From assembly GCF_006345805.1 (NCBI RefSeq), contig NC_042999.1, positions 130,696,001 to 130,760,000 of the forward strand: 64,000 bases of DNA, written 5' to 3'. The stretch's first letter is position 1; the number at the start of each line of letters is the position of its first letter. The position numbers and the translations under genes were made by a program. Source of the DNA: Octopus sinensis (Eukaryota). The notes beneath the pieces are model-generated. The model did not search any database and was not told the DNA's origin. It saw only the letters and a list, made by a program, of their open reading frames with translations. Positions 1-10,394 of this stretch are shown piece by piece.

Positions 1-64
1 TTTGAGCGCAATCGGAATCCTAGAAGACACACACATAGACAAACAGAACGGATTTTATATAATA
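1..64 (-). mobile_element. 5' end of a non-autonomous Helitron-type (DINE/HINE-like) repeat, cut by the window edge
   Basis: Near-identical to 10527-10606 (TTTGAGCaCAATCGGA...TCCTAGAAGACACACAC..AGACAgACAGAACGGATTTTATATAAT). Confidence 0.55.
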
Positions 65-271
65 TATATATATATATATATCATCCGAACTATTCCAAGC
101 ACGAAACCGACGATTCGTAACCTCGACCGTGATGGATATATAATGCTGTAGACTTCGGATAATATACTCACTCTCTTCACAGATATACGAGTGCATCTTT
201 TTCCTGACTTATGGACTTTTAGACGACTTACGCACATGTGTGTGCGTGTTTGTGTGTATGTGTGTGTGTGT

Positions 272-314
<43 letters not shown>

Positions 315-334
315 CGTGGGAGCGCGTGCACGCG

Positions 335-556
335 TCTTTGTGTATGTGTTTGACCTCCACTACCGCTTGACAACCGGTGTCGGTGTGTTTACATCCCCGT
401 AACTTAGCTGTTCAGCCAAAGAGATCGATAAAATAAGTACTAGGCTTAAGAAAAATAAGTCCTGGGGTTGATTTGTTCGACTAAAACCCTTCCAAGGCAG
501 TACCTCTACATGGCCGCAGTCAAATGACTGAAACAAGTAAAAGGTAATAAATAAAA
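335..556 (+). mobile_element. SINE family B, 3' half
   Basis: CCGCTTGACAACCGGTG..CCCCGTAACTTAG..AATAAGTACTAGG..GGCCGCAGTCAAATGACTGAAACAAGTAAAAG, matching more than 10 other copies in the window. Confidence 0.85.
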
Positions 557-585
557 GATGAAAAAACTGGTTATAATTCTACAAT

Positions 586-849
586 AATAAAATAAAATAA
601 ATGCGCCCTATTAAAGCCTAGCCAGGCTTATGGTCCCAGTTTCCCGGTTTCAATGGCGTATGTGTTTCCCAGCTGGACGGGACGCTAGTCCATCGTAGCG
701 TTACTCATTTTTGCCAGCTGAATGGACTGGAGCAACGTGAAATGAAGTGTTTTGCTCAAGAACACAACGCGTCGCCCGGTCCAGGAATCGAAACCACAAT
801 CTTACGATCATGGTGCTGACACCCTAACCACTAAGCCACGCGACTCCAC
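586..849 (-). mobile_element. SINE family C, full length, tRNA-derived head
   Basis: The minus strand begins GTGGAGTCGCGTGGCTTAGTGGTTAGG (A-box) ... GGTTTCGATTCC (B-box), has a CTTGAGCAAAACACTT core and a (TTTTA)n tail. Perfect 15-bp TSD TTATAATTCTACAAT at 571-585 and 850-864. Confidence 0.9.
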
Positions 850-1025
850 TTATAATTCTACAATGGACAAAATGTTTAAACGGTTTATTTTAAAATACAA
901 TTCCTAATATTTAATCATAAAGATATAATATGTGTTAGACATTCAATGACTATAAAGGTCTCCCCTATCCCGAGTAAAATAGGAATCAAAGGGGTCCATA
1001 CGTAAAAAATGATTGAGAACCACTT
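850..1025 (+). mobile_element. hAT-type MITE, 3' part (same family as 36207-36445)
   Basis: Shares CCGAGTAAAATAGGAATCAAAGGGGTCCATA.GTAAAAAATG.TTGAG.A.CACT with the 36207-36445 copy. Confidence 0.7.
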
Positions 1026-1134
1026 GTTTTCAGTGATCAAATATTCGTGATGTACATAGCTTAGCTCCTACCATCAAATCGACATTGTGTGCACAGGTGC
1101 GTGATGTGCCACGTGTCAGATGTTTAAGTGATTG

Positions 1135-1237
1135 CAGAGCAACGTGTAAATGAAGAGTTTTGCTCAAGAACACAAGGCAACGCCCACTCCGCGAATCAAA
1201 ACAACGCTCTTGCGATCGTGAGTGCAACACTCTAACT
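1135..1237 (-). mobile_element. SINE family C, partial diverged copy
   Basis: GAGCAACGTG.AAATGAAG.GTTTTGCTCAAGAACACAA aligns with 732-768. Confidence 0.7.
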
Positions 1238-1330
1238 ACTAACGGTTTAAATATGCCTGTTGCTATACAGACTAACACATCTTGCCTGTTTACTTCTGTT
1301 GATGATGAGCTGTTGTGCCCGAAATATATA

Positions 1331-1544
1331 CTCTTTTACTTGTTTCAATCATTTGACTGTGGCCATGCTGGAGCACCGCCTTTAGTCGAGCAAATCGACC
1401 CTAGGACTTATTCTTTGTAAGCCTAGTACTTATTCTATCGGTCTCTTTTGCCGAACCGCTAAGTTGCGGGGACATAAACACAACAGCATCTGTTGTCAAG
1501 CGATGTTGGAGGAGACAAACAGATATACAAACGTATACACACAC

Positions 1545-1575
<31 letters not shown>

Positions 1576-1738
1576 ACACACACACACACTACATATATAT
1601 GCGACGGGTTTCCTTCAGTTTCCGTTTACCAAATCCACTCACAAGGCTTTGGTCGGCCCGAGGTTATAATAGAAGACACCTTGGCTGTGTGGTAAGTAGT
1701 ATGCTTACGGACCACATGGTTCCGGGTTCAGTCCCACT
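1331..1738 (-). mobile_element. SINE family B with inverted 5' head
   Basis: Body at 1331-1680 on the minus strand with internal (CA)/(CATA) microsatellite; head TGGCTGTGTGGTAAG..GGTTCAGTCCCACT at 1682-1738 on the plus strand. Confidence 0.85.
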
Positions 1739-2017
1739 TATACATGCACGCACAAACACTCACATACGCATAACCTTACAAACACTAGGTATTGTTTTTT
1801 TGGAAAAGATGCTGTGTGATCAGAGATATCATCAAACTGTATACTTACAAGTACTACCAATATACACCGCAAATGTTCAGTTGTGAATTTCAGAAATTCG
1901 CCAGCTCTTTATGCATTTATCTATTCGCTTTTTGTTTTTCGGGACTTTTCATTTTATGTATTGGTGACAAAACATGAAATGAAATACTAAGAATAACAGT
2001 AATAGCTTTGTAATAAT

Positions 2018-2230
2018 TATTTCAAAATTTTTCCACAAGGGCAGCTTGGGGGAGGAGTCGATTACATCGACCTCAGTGTTCAACTGGTAGTAAATTTATC
2101 GACCCCGAAAGGGTGAAAGGCAAAGTCAACCTCGGCGGAATTTGAACTCAGAACGTAGCGACGGGCGAAATACCCCTAAGCATTTCGCCCGTCCAGCGTG
2201 CTAACGACTCTGCCAGTTCGCCGCCTTAAC
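2018..2230 (-). mobile_element. SINE family A, full length
   Basis: Head (rc) GGCGGCGAACTGGCAGAGTCGTTAGCACG, B-box GAGTTCAAATTCC, family core; flanked by AGCT(T/C)TGTAATAAT at 2004-2017 and 2231-2244. Confidence 0.9.
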
Positions 2231-2244
2231 AGCTCTGTAATAAT

Positions 2245-2386
2245 CCTTTCTACTATAGGCACAAGGCCTGAAATTTGGTGAGGGAGGGGGATAAGTCGAT
2301 TACATTGACCCCAGTACTCAACTGCTACTTAATTTATCGACCCCGAAAGAATGAAAGGCAATTTCGACATGGGCGGAATTTGAAAG
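2245..2386 (-). mobile_element. SINE family A, 5'-truncated
   Basis: Core plus GTGCCTATAGTAGAAAGGATTATT tail; TSD AGCTCTGTAATAAT at 2231-2244 and 2387-2400. Confidence 0.85.
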
Positions 2387-2727
2387 AGCTCTGTAATAAT
2401 AGTGACTATAGTAATGAAAAATAATAACAAGTTAGAAGGACGAAGACCGTATGACTAATATGATGCTGAAAACAAAGGTAGTGGGTGAAGGAGAGGGTAA
2501 GAGATAGTATCAGTTAATATCTGCAAAGTCGATTAAACAGTCTATAAATAGATTCTGTAGAAGTTAAATTGTTGTTTTCCTTTAACATTATTGCGCCATT
2601 CAGTAACTTCAATAGTTATTAGTTTGTCGTTGAGCTTTCCATTTTCTGTTGAGTAGTAGTCCACTTGGAATTTACAATATACGTTCTCAAACATCAGGTT
2701 CTGGCTAAGAGAAAATTCTCAAACAAA

Positions 2728-2779
<52 letters not shown>

Positions 2780-2872
2780 TGGTGTGTGGTGTGTGTGTTG
2801 TGTGCGTGTGTGTGTATGTTGTGGTATGTATGTATGTATGTATGTAGTATGTATGTATGTAGATATATATAT

Positions 2873-2903
<31 letters not shown>

Positions 2904-2905
2904 CT
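2728..2905. repeat. Compound microsatellite (TA)n-(GT)n-(GTAT)n-(TA)n
   Basis: Direct reading. Representative of dozens of similar tracts that are not listed individually. Confidence 0.95.
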
Positions 2906-3014
2906 AACAAGAGAATATATATACATCCTCCAAATATGCATTTCATTAATAAAGGATGATTACCAGTTATATTATGTAAATTATATCATCCACTTGCATT
3001 TTCAAATCCTCAGA

Positions 3015-3662
3015 GATCTTAATTCTCTTGAGCCACCTGGAACTCCTCCACATAAACTTTTTCTAAGAAATTTAGATCCTCCTAAATTATGCAATAGGAC
3101 AAGGTTGATTGTGAAGACATTATCCCCTAATGTGACAGAAGCTTACATCATCACTGGATATGCCTCTGGGGAAGAGGCTTTCATTCCAAAAATTCCAATC
3201 AAACCAACAGACATGCCATTTGAGTTCAAACAAACATAATTCCCAGTGTGACTTTTCTTTGCAATGTCTATTAATAAAGCTCAAGGTCAGTCTTTGAAAT
3301 TTGCTGGCTTGCTTTTCTCGTGGTCAACTCTATGTTAGTTACTCCAGGGTAGGTAGTTTGCAAGACTTATTTGTCTATGCTCTAAACCAGAAAATAAAGA
3401 ATGTTGTTTACTCAGAGGCTCTTACATAATTTCCTTCAACATATGTGGTAGAATTCATCTCCTTTCATAAAAGTGCTAAACTTTGTATTTTAGATTATTA
3501 TTATTATTATTATTATTTTGTATTATGAATTCAGAATATATTTCCCAATTGAAGAATAAATTGAATTTATTATAACAAATTTCTATACAACATATTTTGC
3601 TTTTTCCTTCCAATATATAAGGAAAAATTTCATTCCTGGGCAAAGTCGGTTGCCTCTACTAG
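3015..3662 (+). mobile_element. Helitron 3' fragment: degenerate PIF1-like helicase C-terminus plus 3' terminus
   Basis: Translates to LNSLEPPGTPPHKL..LRNLDPPKLCNRTRLIVK..IPKIPIKPTDMPFEFKQ*FPV*..FAMSINKAQGQSLK..GQLYV..SRV (helicase motifs with stops). Ends in CCTGGGCAAAGTCGGT..CTAG (3659-3662) followed by T. Confidence 0.92.
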
Positions 3663-4645
3663 TTAACTATTAAAGTGAATTCCTTTCATCAGTGGATTTT
3701 ATACGAGTACCTCAAACATTGAATGCACATGTTTGATCTCTTTGGTGTTTTAAGAATTCACTATAAAGTATCTACTTGAGCACTTAGGCATCTTCTTAGT
3801 CGTTGAGTCATTTACAAAAATTTTCATTTATTATTTTTTGTAGTGGATCCATTATTTTCCTAACAACTTGTAAATCTCATGTTTTCTTCTTTCTTTTCTG
3901 AACTCTTAGCTTTCTTTGTCTCACTCTCTTCCTCAATCTCATTCATTTATTCCCCCTCATTACTCTCTTCTCTGTGCCATTCCCTGTTTTCTTTCACATC
4001 CCTCTTTCAGTTTCTCTTCCTCTCGATTTGGGCGGTTGCGGAGCTTGCATTGAAACAAAACACGCGGCGAGGCTATTGAGATAATCAAAGTGGTTTGGAA
4101 CAAAGACCGCTTATAACGATTGTCTCATCCATTACATTTTAAACCGGACATCATTTTCAAGTATTCGTGTTCCAATTTTAAAACCATCTGCTATCGCCCA
4201 CGCATATCCAAGAACCACTTAATTAAAAGAGCAATGTTTTATCCTGTTTGTTTATTTTGTTAAATAGTTGATTTGTTTATTTATTCCAATACGTGATAAA
4301 TCAATAAAATATTACAACGCCTGATATATATATATATATATATATATATTTACTTCGTTATCAGAGTACTATTTCATGTACTTCTCACTCATAGACAGAG
4401 GTAAATTACACCTAAAAAATAAAAAATAATTTTTTTTTAATTGTTCACATTATTAATATTACACTGAATTTGGGCTCCTGCGGTCCTTCATACCAATATG
4501 ATTTCTTAAAACCAGTTCAGAATGTTAAGCAACTAACATATCGAAATCTAATTAATCCCAACCAACGAAAAATGGTTTTGAAATGTTTAAATTCAATATT
4601 TGTGGAATAAATTCGAAATTCATTGATTATATTGATATAAGATTT

Positions 4646-4647
<2 letters not shown>

Positions 4648-4682
<35 letters not shown>

Positions 4683-4997
4683 TTCGTCCTTCGGTTCGAA
4701 GATGACCAACTGACATCATCTGATGGAACTGACGCCATGAGACCGGAGGTGGCTGGTGAGGCCAATCCGGGCAAGGAAGCCCATCCCACAGGTGGGGCAG
4801 AAGTGGGTAGGGGCCGTGCAACTGGTGCAGGCGGCTCTGGCTTTACGCATCTGACGTTTCTGCTCCGCTGACCGAATCCGTCCCTCCTCGGCTGTCCCTG
4901 CTCCCACGGTGATTGCGCTGCGCCAGGATGAGCGGTTGGCAGCAAGTGTCTCCCAGGTCTCTGTTCCGATGGAGAAGTCTTTGAGAGAGACCTTGAG
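4648..4997 (-). mobile_element. RTE-clade (BovB/RTE-1-like) LINE, 5'-truncated 3' end with (ATT)n tail
   Basis: Minus frame LKVSLKDFSIGTETWETLAANRSSWRSAI..AEQKRQMRKAR..CPTCGMGFLARIGLTSHLRSH, the typical RTE C-terminal C2H2 motif; short 3' UTR, then (ATT)n. Confidence 0.9.
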
Positions 4998-5162
4998 ACT
5001 ATAGATAGAAGTTATAATATTTATTGGTTATATCATTTTATTGATGGAATGATGCTGCTGATTATAAATTTGCAGCTGTCAAATCAGCATCTGGTTTTGG
5101 TGTTAAACTCTTTAGCATTCAGATTACTCTGTTAACTGTAATACTTAGTTATTTACATTGTT

Positions 5163-5763
5163 AAGCGGCGAGCTGGCGAAAACGTTAGCACGCCGGGCGA
5201 AATGCGTTGCCGTATTTCGTCTGCCGTTACATTCTGAGTTCAAATTCCGCCGAGGTTGACTTTGCCTTTCATCCTTTCGGGGTCGATTAAATAAGTACCA
5301 GTTACGCACTGGAGTCGATATAATCGACTTAATCCGTTTGTCCTTGTTTGTCCTCCTTGTGTTTAGCCCCTTGTGGGTAGTAAAGAAATAGAAATAGGTA
5401 TTTCGTCTGCCGTTACGTTCTGAGTTCAAATTCCGCCGAAATCGACTTTGCCTTTCATCCTTTCGGGTCGATTAAATAAGTACCAATTACGCACTGGGGT
5501 CGATGTAATCGATTTAATCCGCTTGTCTGTCCTTGTTTGTCCTCTCTGTGTTTAGCCCCTTGTGGGTAGTAAAGAAATAGGTATTTCGTCTGCCGTTACG
5601 TTCTGAGTTCAAATTCCGCCGAGGTTGACTTTGCCTCTCATCCTTTCGGGGTCGATTAAATAAGTACCAGTTACGCACTGGAATCGATGTAATCGTCTTA
5701 GTCCCTTTGTCTGTCCTTGTTTGTTCCCTCTATGTTTAGCCCCTTGCGGGCAATAAAGAATTA
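5163..5763 (+). mobile_element. SINE family A: head plus three tandem ~185-bp body units, one insertion
   Basis: Units restart at (G)GTATTTCGTCTGCCGTTAC at ~5211, 5397 and 5580; 23-bp TSD AATACTTAGTTATTTACATTGTT at 5140-5162 and 5764-5786. Confidence 0.92.
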
Positions 5764-5840
5764 AATACTTAGTTATTTACATTGTTTTGAATTACTCATG
5801 CATTAATTATTTCGTAGCTTCGAGATTTCGATGATGAGAT

Positions 5841-6062
5841 TCTTTTATCTTTTACTTGTATCAGTCATTAGACTGCGGCCATTCTGGGGCACAGCCTTGA
5901 AGAGTTTTTAGTCGAATGAATCAATACCAGTACTTTTCTTTAAAGCTTGGTACTTATTCTATCGGTCTCTTTTGTCGAACCTCTAAGTTACGGGAACATA
6001 AACAAGCACAGACACAACGTGGTTGAGGAGCAAGCTTCTTACCACACAACCACGCCTACGCC
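5841..6062 (-). mobile_element. SINE family B, internally deleted
   Basis: Tail TCTTTTACTTGT.TCAGTCATT.GACTGCGGCC and head AGCTTCTTACCACACAACCACGCC are present; the middle is missing. Confidence 0.8.
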
Positions 6063-6349
6063 TAATTGTTTATTTTTGAATGACATTGCAGTGTACGTGA
6101 GGTAGACCAGATCTGGCTTCTTGAACATAAACAGGTAAAATATCCCGGCTGCTTATGGCCAGTTTAAATGGTAAATGGTTAAATAGTCATAGGTTTTTTC
6201 CATTCTATGTCCCACTCTCCTTAAACAAAAACGGCATTGATAAAAACCAACTACTTATTTGCTAAATGATAACTGTAAAATTTGGAAACAAAAATATGTG
6301 AATGAGACCACTAATCCCAATTGTAATATCCTGTTTTGATTTTCATCTG

Positions 6350-6406
6350 TTTATTATTATTATTATTATTATTATATTATTATTATTATTATTATTATTA
6401 TTATCA

Positions 6407-6467
<61 letters not shown>

Positions 6468-6497
6468 CATTATTATTATTATTATTATTATTATATA
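6350..6497. repeat. (ATT)n trinucleotide microsatellite
   Basis: Direct reading; source of the poly-I/poly-L ORF 6302-6529. Confidence 0.95.
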
Positions 6498-6501
6498 TTA
6501 T

Positions 6502-6725
6502 TAAGGTGGTGAGCTGTCAGAATCGTTAGCACGCCAGGCGAAATACTTAGTAGTATTTCGTTCGTTTTCATGTTCTGAGCTAAAATTCCGCCGAAGTCGA
6601 CTTTGCCTTTCATCCTTTCGGGGTCGATAAATTTAGTATCAGTTGAGTACTGGGGTCGATGGAATCGACTTAACCCCTCTCCTAAAATTTCAGGCCGTGT
6701 GCCATTAGTAGAAAGGATCATTGTT
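6502..6725 (+). mobile_element. SINE family A, full length
   Basis: AAGGTGGTGAGCTGTCAGAATCGTTAGCACG..CTTTGCCTTTCATCCTTTCGGGGTCGATAAATT..GTAGAAAGGATCATT. Confidence 0.88.
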
Positions 6726-7012
6726 ATTATTACGATTATTATTTATTTATTTATTATAAGTCTATTGTTCATTGTGTGAATGTTAGTGGCTTAACTTCCC
6801 GGTTAAAGTTTTTATCGTTTTTATCCTTAAGTGCTTGCAAATGAAAATGTGTTTGCTTTAATGATATGAATAACCAGTTCCGGGTTGAATGGTGAAATGT
6901 GATAGCGTATTATACCCCTATCCAGAAATATGAACTTGACAACAAACTTGTAATTTTAAAACACTGATAAGTTTTATCAAAATATTTTCTTTTATTGAAA
7001 AAAAATAGTTAA

Positions 7013-7234
7013 TAAGAGGGGATACTGAAAAGTTCCAGGCTTTATGTAAAAGAAAATACAGGAGGATCAATTAATTATGATTTTATTCAACATATTCTTC
7101 TGTCAGATTCACACATTAATTGCAGCGGACCTTCAGTTTTTCTAAGCCCCGTAAAAGAACTCGGAGGCTGAGCCTCTAGCTAGGCCTTTCGCGATACCCT
7201 TATAGCCAGGAACTTGTCGGCACCTCCTCATGTA
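7013..7234. mobile_element. Tc1/mariner-type MITE (~215 bp)
   Basis: Imperfect TIRs TA.GAGGGGATACTGAAAAGTTCC / GGAACTTGTCGGCACCTCCTCATGTA, TA-flanked; second copy at 32920-33132. Confidence 0.75.
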
Positions 7235-7493
7235 TCCCAAATAGAATTATATTAGAATACCTGTGACCTCTTGATGCAGAGTAGAAGCGACTCGACCCGG
7301 ATAGACACTCTGATCCCCGAGCTATGCCAACTATCAAGTAACGTTACTCCAGAGATACTTCAGAGGATCCCTATTTTGTCCATGTATATTCACGATCGTA
7401 TTGCTTTGGTAATTACCCAACATTCATAATTATAGGTGGGGATAAGCACGAAAAATGTGTGGTAAGTTCTGTGGTAATATTTGTAGATGTGAA

Positions 7494-7797
7494 TGGCGGC
7501 GAGCTAACAGAATCGTTAGCACGCCGAGCAAAATGCTTAGCAGCATTTCGTCCATCTTCACGTTCTGAGTTCAAATTCTACTGAGGTCGACTTTACCTTT
7601 CATCCCTCCGGGGTCGATAAAATAAGTACCAGTCGAGCACTGAAGTCGATGTAATCGACTTAAACTCTCCTCCGAACTTGCTGGTCTTGTGCCAATTTTG
7701 AAACCAATATTTGAACATGGCAAGTTTGACATTTTTATTAACTTCCCCTCTTTTCAAAGTCGACCCCGGAGGGATGAAAGGCAAAGTCGACCTCTTT
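7494..7797 (+). mobile_element. SINE family A copy (7494-7715, +) followed by an inverted core fragment (7745-7797, -)
   Basis: ATGGCGGCGAGCTAACAGAATCGTTAGC..; GTCGACCCCGGAGGGATGAAAGGCAAAGTCGACCTC is the reverse complement of the core. Confidence 0.82.
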
Positions 7798-8140
7798 TGA
7801 GGATCAAATGCTGGAGCTGGTGCATTACTGTGCCAGCTCCCGCATTGAGAGGGTCACACCCTCAGCACGACGGACATACGATTAGAATCTTGCAAGAAAC
7901 AATCGCAAGACGGATTCGTCAAGTCGAGCCAACCGGCAGGAAATCTAGGGGTGGAACAAGAACGAGATGTTTGGATAATATCCTTAGTCTCAGTTGAACA
8001 CACTTGGGAATCAACCGCAAAGTGTAATGACAGTTGCCACTGATAGTAACCTATGGAGGAGATGCCCGAGGACTGTATACCGACGACCTTTCCAAGAATT
8101 ATGGATGAAAAAGATGGATAGAGGAATGGATGGAAGTCAA
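7797..8140 (+). mobile_element. RTE-X-like LINE 3' end, degenerate
   Basis: QHDGHTIRILQETIARRIRQVEPTGRKSRGGTRTRCLDNILSLS*..LGI matches the RTE-type tail LRWYGHV.RMPQER.ARR.L..EPTGRRPRGRPRTRW.D.I (comparison from memory). Confidence 0.75.
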
Positions 8141-8154
8141 TGGTAACTCATTTA

Positions 8155-8386
8155 GGGCGGCGAGCTGGCAGAATCGTTAGCACGCCGGGCGAAATGCTTA
8201 GCAGTATTTCGTCTGCCGCTACGTTCTGAGTTCAAATTCCGCCGAGGTCGACTTCGCCTTTCATCCTTTCGGGGTCGATTAAATAAGTACCAGTCACGCA
8301 CTGGGGTCGATATAATCGACTTAATCCGTCTGTCTGTCCTTGTTTGTCCCCTCTGTGTTTAGCCCTTTGTGGGTAGTAAAGAAATA
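8155..8386 (+). mobile_element. SINE family A, young full-length monomer
   Basis: GGGCGGCGAGCTGGCAGAATCG..GTAGTAAAGAAATA; perfect 13-bp TSD GGTAACTCATTTA at 8142-8154 and 8387-8399. Confidence 0.93.
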
Positions 8387-8876
8387 GGTAACTCATTTAA
8401 TGCAGTGAGCATCGAAAAGGTCAATTAGAACAAAAAAAAAAACATATCCGGTGAGGAAAAAAACCTCCACAATATTAGTAATAGGTTAATATTTTATTTT
8501 GATTCTTTCAGCAAATATGGGAGACAACTCCAATATGTTTCGGTCTTGTCGGACCTCATCAACAAAGTATAAACTTCTCTGTACTTGAAGAAATAGTGAA
8601 GGGTCACTAAGTGAAATTTTGGCATAAAAATTGTTTGTGAAATTGTTGGCATAGAAAAATAGAAATCTTTTAAGAATATATTTCTTTTAAACATTATCCG
8701 CATGAAATAAACAAAAAACCCTCAATAGTTAATGAGGATATATCGTTAGTTCTGTGTATTATATTTTGTTTCTGATAAGAATACATATCAACTGCGCTTA
8801 TTTAATTTTTTATGGCATTCTCATATATTATTTATAGGAAATTTGTTTCTCTACAAATTTTAAATATATAAGCATA

Positions 8877-9253
8877 GGCATGGCTGTGTGTTTAAAAAGC
8901 ATGCTTTGCAACCACATGGTTTCGGGTTCAATCCCAGTGCCTCTCACCATATGTAAGTGTCTTTTGCTACAGCCCCTAGACAACCGAGTGAATTTGGTAG
9001 ACGGAAACTGTGTGGGAGACCGTCGTATGTGTGTACGTGTCTTTGTGTTTTTTATGCCCCCCCCCCCCGCCTGACAACTGATGTTGGTTTGATTACGTCT
9101 CCGTAACAAGCGGTTTCGGCAAAAGAGACTGAAAGAATAAGTGCCAAACTTTAAAATATAAGTACTTGGGTCAATTTCTTTAATGAAACCTTTCAAGGCG
9201 GTGGTACAGTAAAGGCTGCGGTCCAATGACCGAAACAAGTAAAAGATAAGAAG
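8877..9253 (+). mobile_element. SINE family B, old full-length copy
   Basis: GGCATGGCTGTGTG..GGGTTCAATCCC..TTTGGTAGACGGAAACTG..GACCGAAACAAGTAAAAGA. Confidence 0.8.
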
Positions 9254-9438
9254 ATATGGTTTACCCCATATTTTACCACTTGCTTTCCCATAAAGTTTAT
9301 TCTAGATGTAACCTTTTTGCTTTCTTTTACGTTTTCGTACGCTATGATACACTCTATTGCAGAATGCATCGTGAAAGTTAATCACAGGCATAGAATATTC
9401 CGACTTTATTTCACATTTATCTCAGATACATCTACAAA

Positions 9439-9629
9439 TATTGATTTCAAATTTTGGCACAAGGCCAGTAAGTTCGGAGGAAGGTGTAAGTCAATTACAT
9501 CGACCCCAGTACTCAGCTGGTACTTATTTTATCGACCTCGGAAGGATGAAAGGCAAAGTCGACCGCAGACGAAATGTCGCTGAGCATTTTGCTCGCCGTG
9601 CTAACAATTCTGCCAGCTCGCTGCCTTTC
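9439..9629 (-). mobile_element. SINE family A
   Basis: Core and head on the minus strand; 11-bp TSD ACATCTACAAA at 9428-9438 and 9630-9640. Confidence 0.88.
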
Positions 9630-9794
9630 ACATCTACAAAAATTATCACAGAGCTTACCATAAATTTTCCTAGAAGTCTTTTGTACAGAATGCTTCCAGC
9701 ATTTGTTTTATCGTTACTCTAACTTTTATTCCATACACTTCTTTCGGAGACTCTCTAAAAATGATACATTGTTACAACATTATTAACTAAATAA

Positions 9795-10000
9795 GACGGT
9801 GGGTTGACAGAATCTCCAGCCTACCGGGCAAAATACTTAGCAACATTTCGTTCTTTCTAACATTCTTAGTTCAAATTCTGCCGAGGTCGACTTTACCTTT
9901 CATCATTTCAGAGTCGATAAAATAAGTACCAATTAAGCAGTGGAGATCAATGTAACCTTTCCTCAATCTTGTTGGCATCGTACCACAATTTGAAACCACA
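9795..10000 (+). mobile_element. SINE family A, diverged
   Basis: GACGGTGGGTTGACAGAATC..GCCGAGGTCGACTTTACCTTTCATC..GTCGATAAAATAAGTACC. Confidence 0.8.
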
Positions 10001-10394
10001 ATTAACTAAATAGTTTAACAGCAGTTTTGAAGACCAAACTTAACAAAGTCTAGCTTGAAGTAAATCTTTCAAATTAGCATTTCATTCACACCTTCTTGTT
10101 TAAATTATTGCCTTTCTATTGTAAGTTTCTGGGATTCTTGTCACTTTTCAGTTCAAAATTTTCGTTTTATTTCTAGACTTCTTTTATCAAGAGGGAATTT
10201 CTTGTTCTTGACATGTTAAATATATTACACACGAGCAAAACGCCCCTCGTCCAATGGACGGTGCTGAGTTGTCAAACATATAAACCAAATTTTCTCAAAA
10301 CAACTTGTCCGACCGTCCCATAGGCCTCTCCTTTGAGAAACATTGATTTAACCTAAATTTGAGACACCAGCAAAAGAAGAAATAAAGATAGACT

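Noticed and set aside
770-849. tRNA gene calls for SINE heads (also families A and B)
   Set aside because: A- and B-boxes are present, but there is no complete cloverleaf and each head continues into a SINE body.
3720-4080. Purine-rich minus-strand segment as LINE ORF1 or a gene
   Set aside because: Stops in all frames and no motif I can support; low complexity explains ORF 3879-4079.
4648-4715. RTE LINE as the partner mobilising SINE-A
   Set aside because: Only the (ATT)n tail is shared. I see no 3'-end sequence homology, so the link is unsupported.
5163-5763. Tandem array as a CRISPR-like or satellite locus
   Set aside because: The units are whole SINE bodies with no unique spacers, enclosed by a TSD, in eukaryotic DNA.
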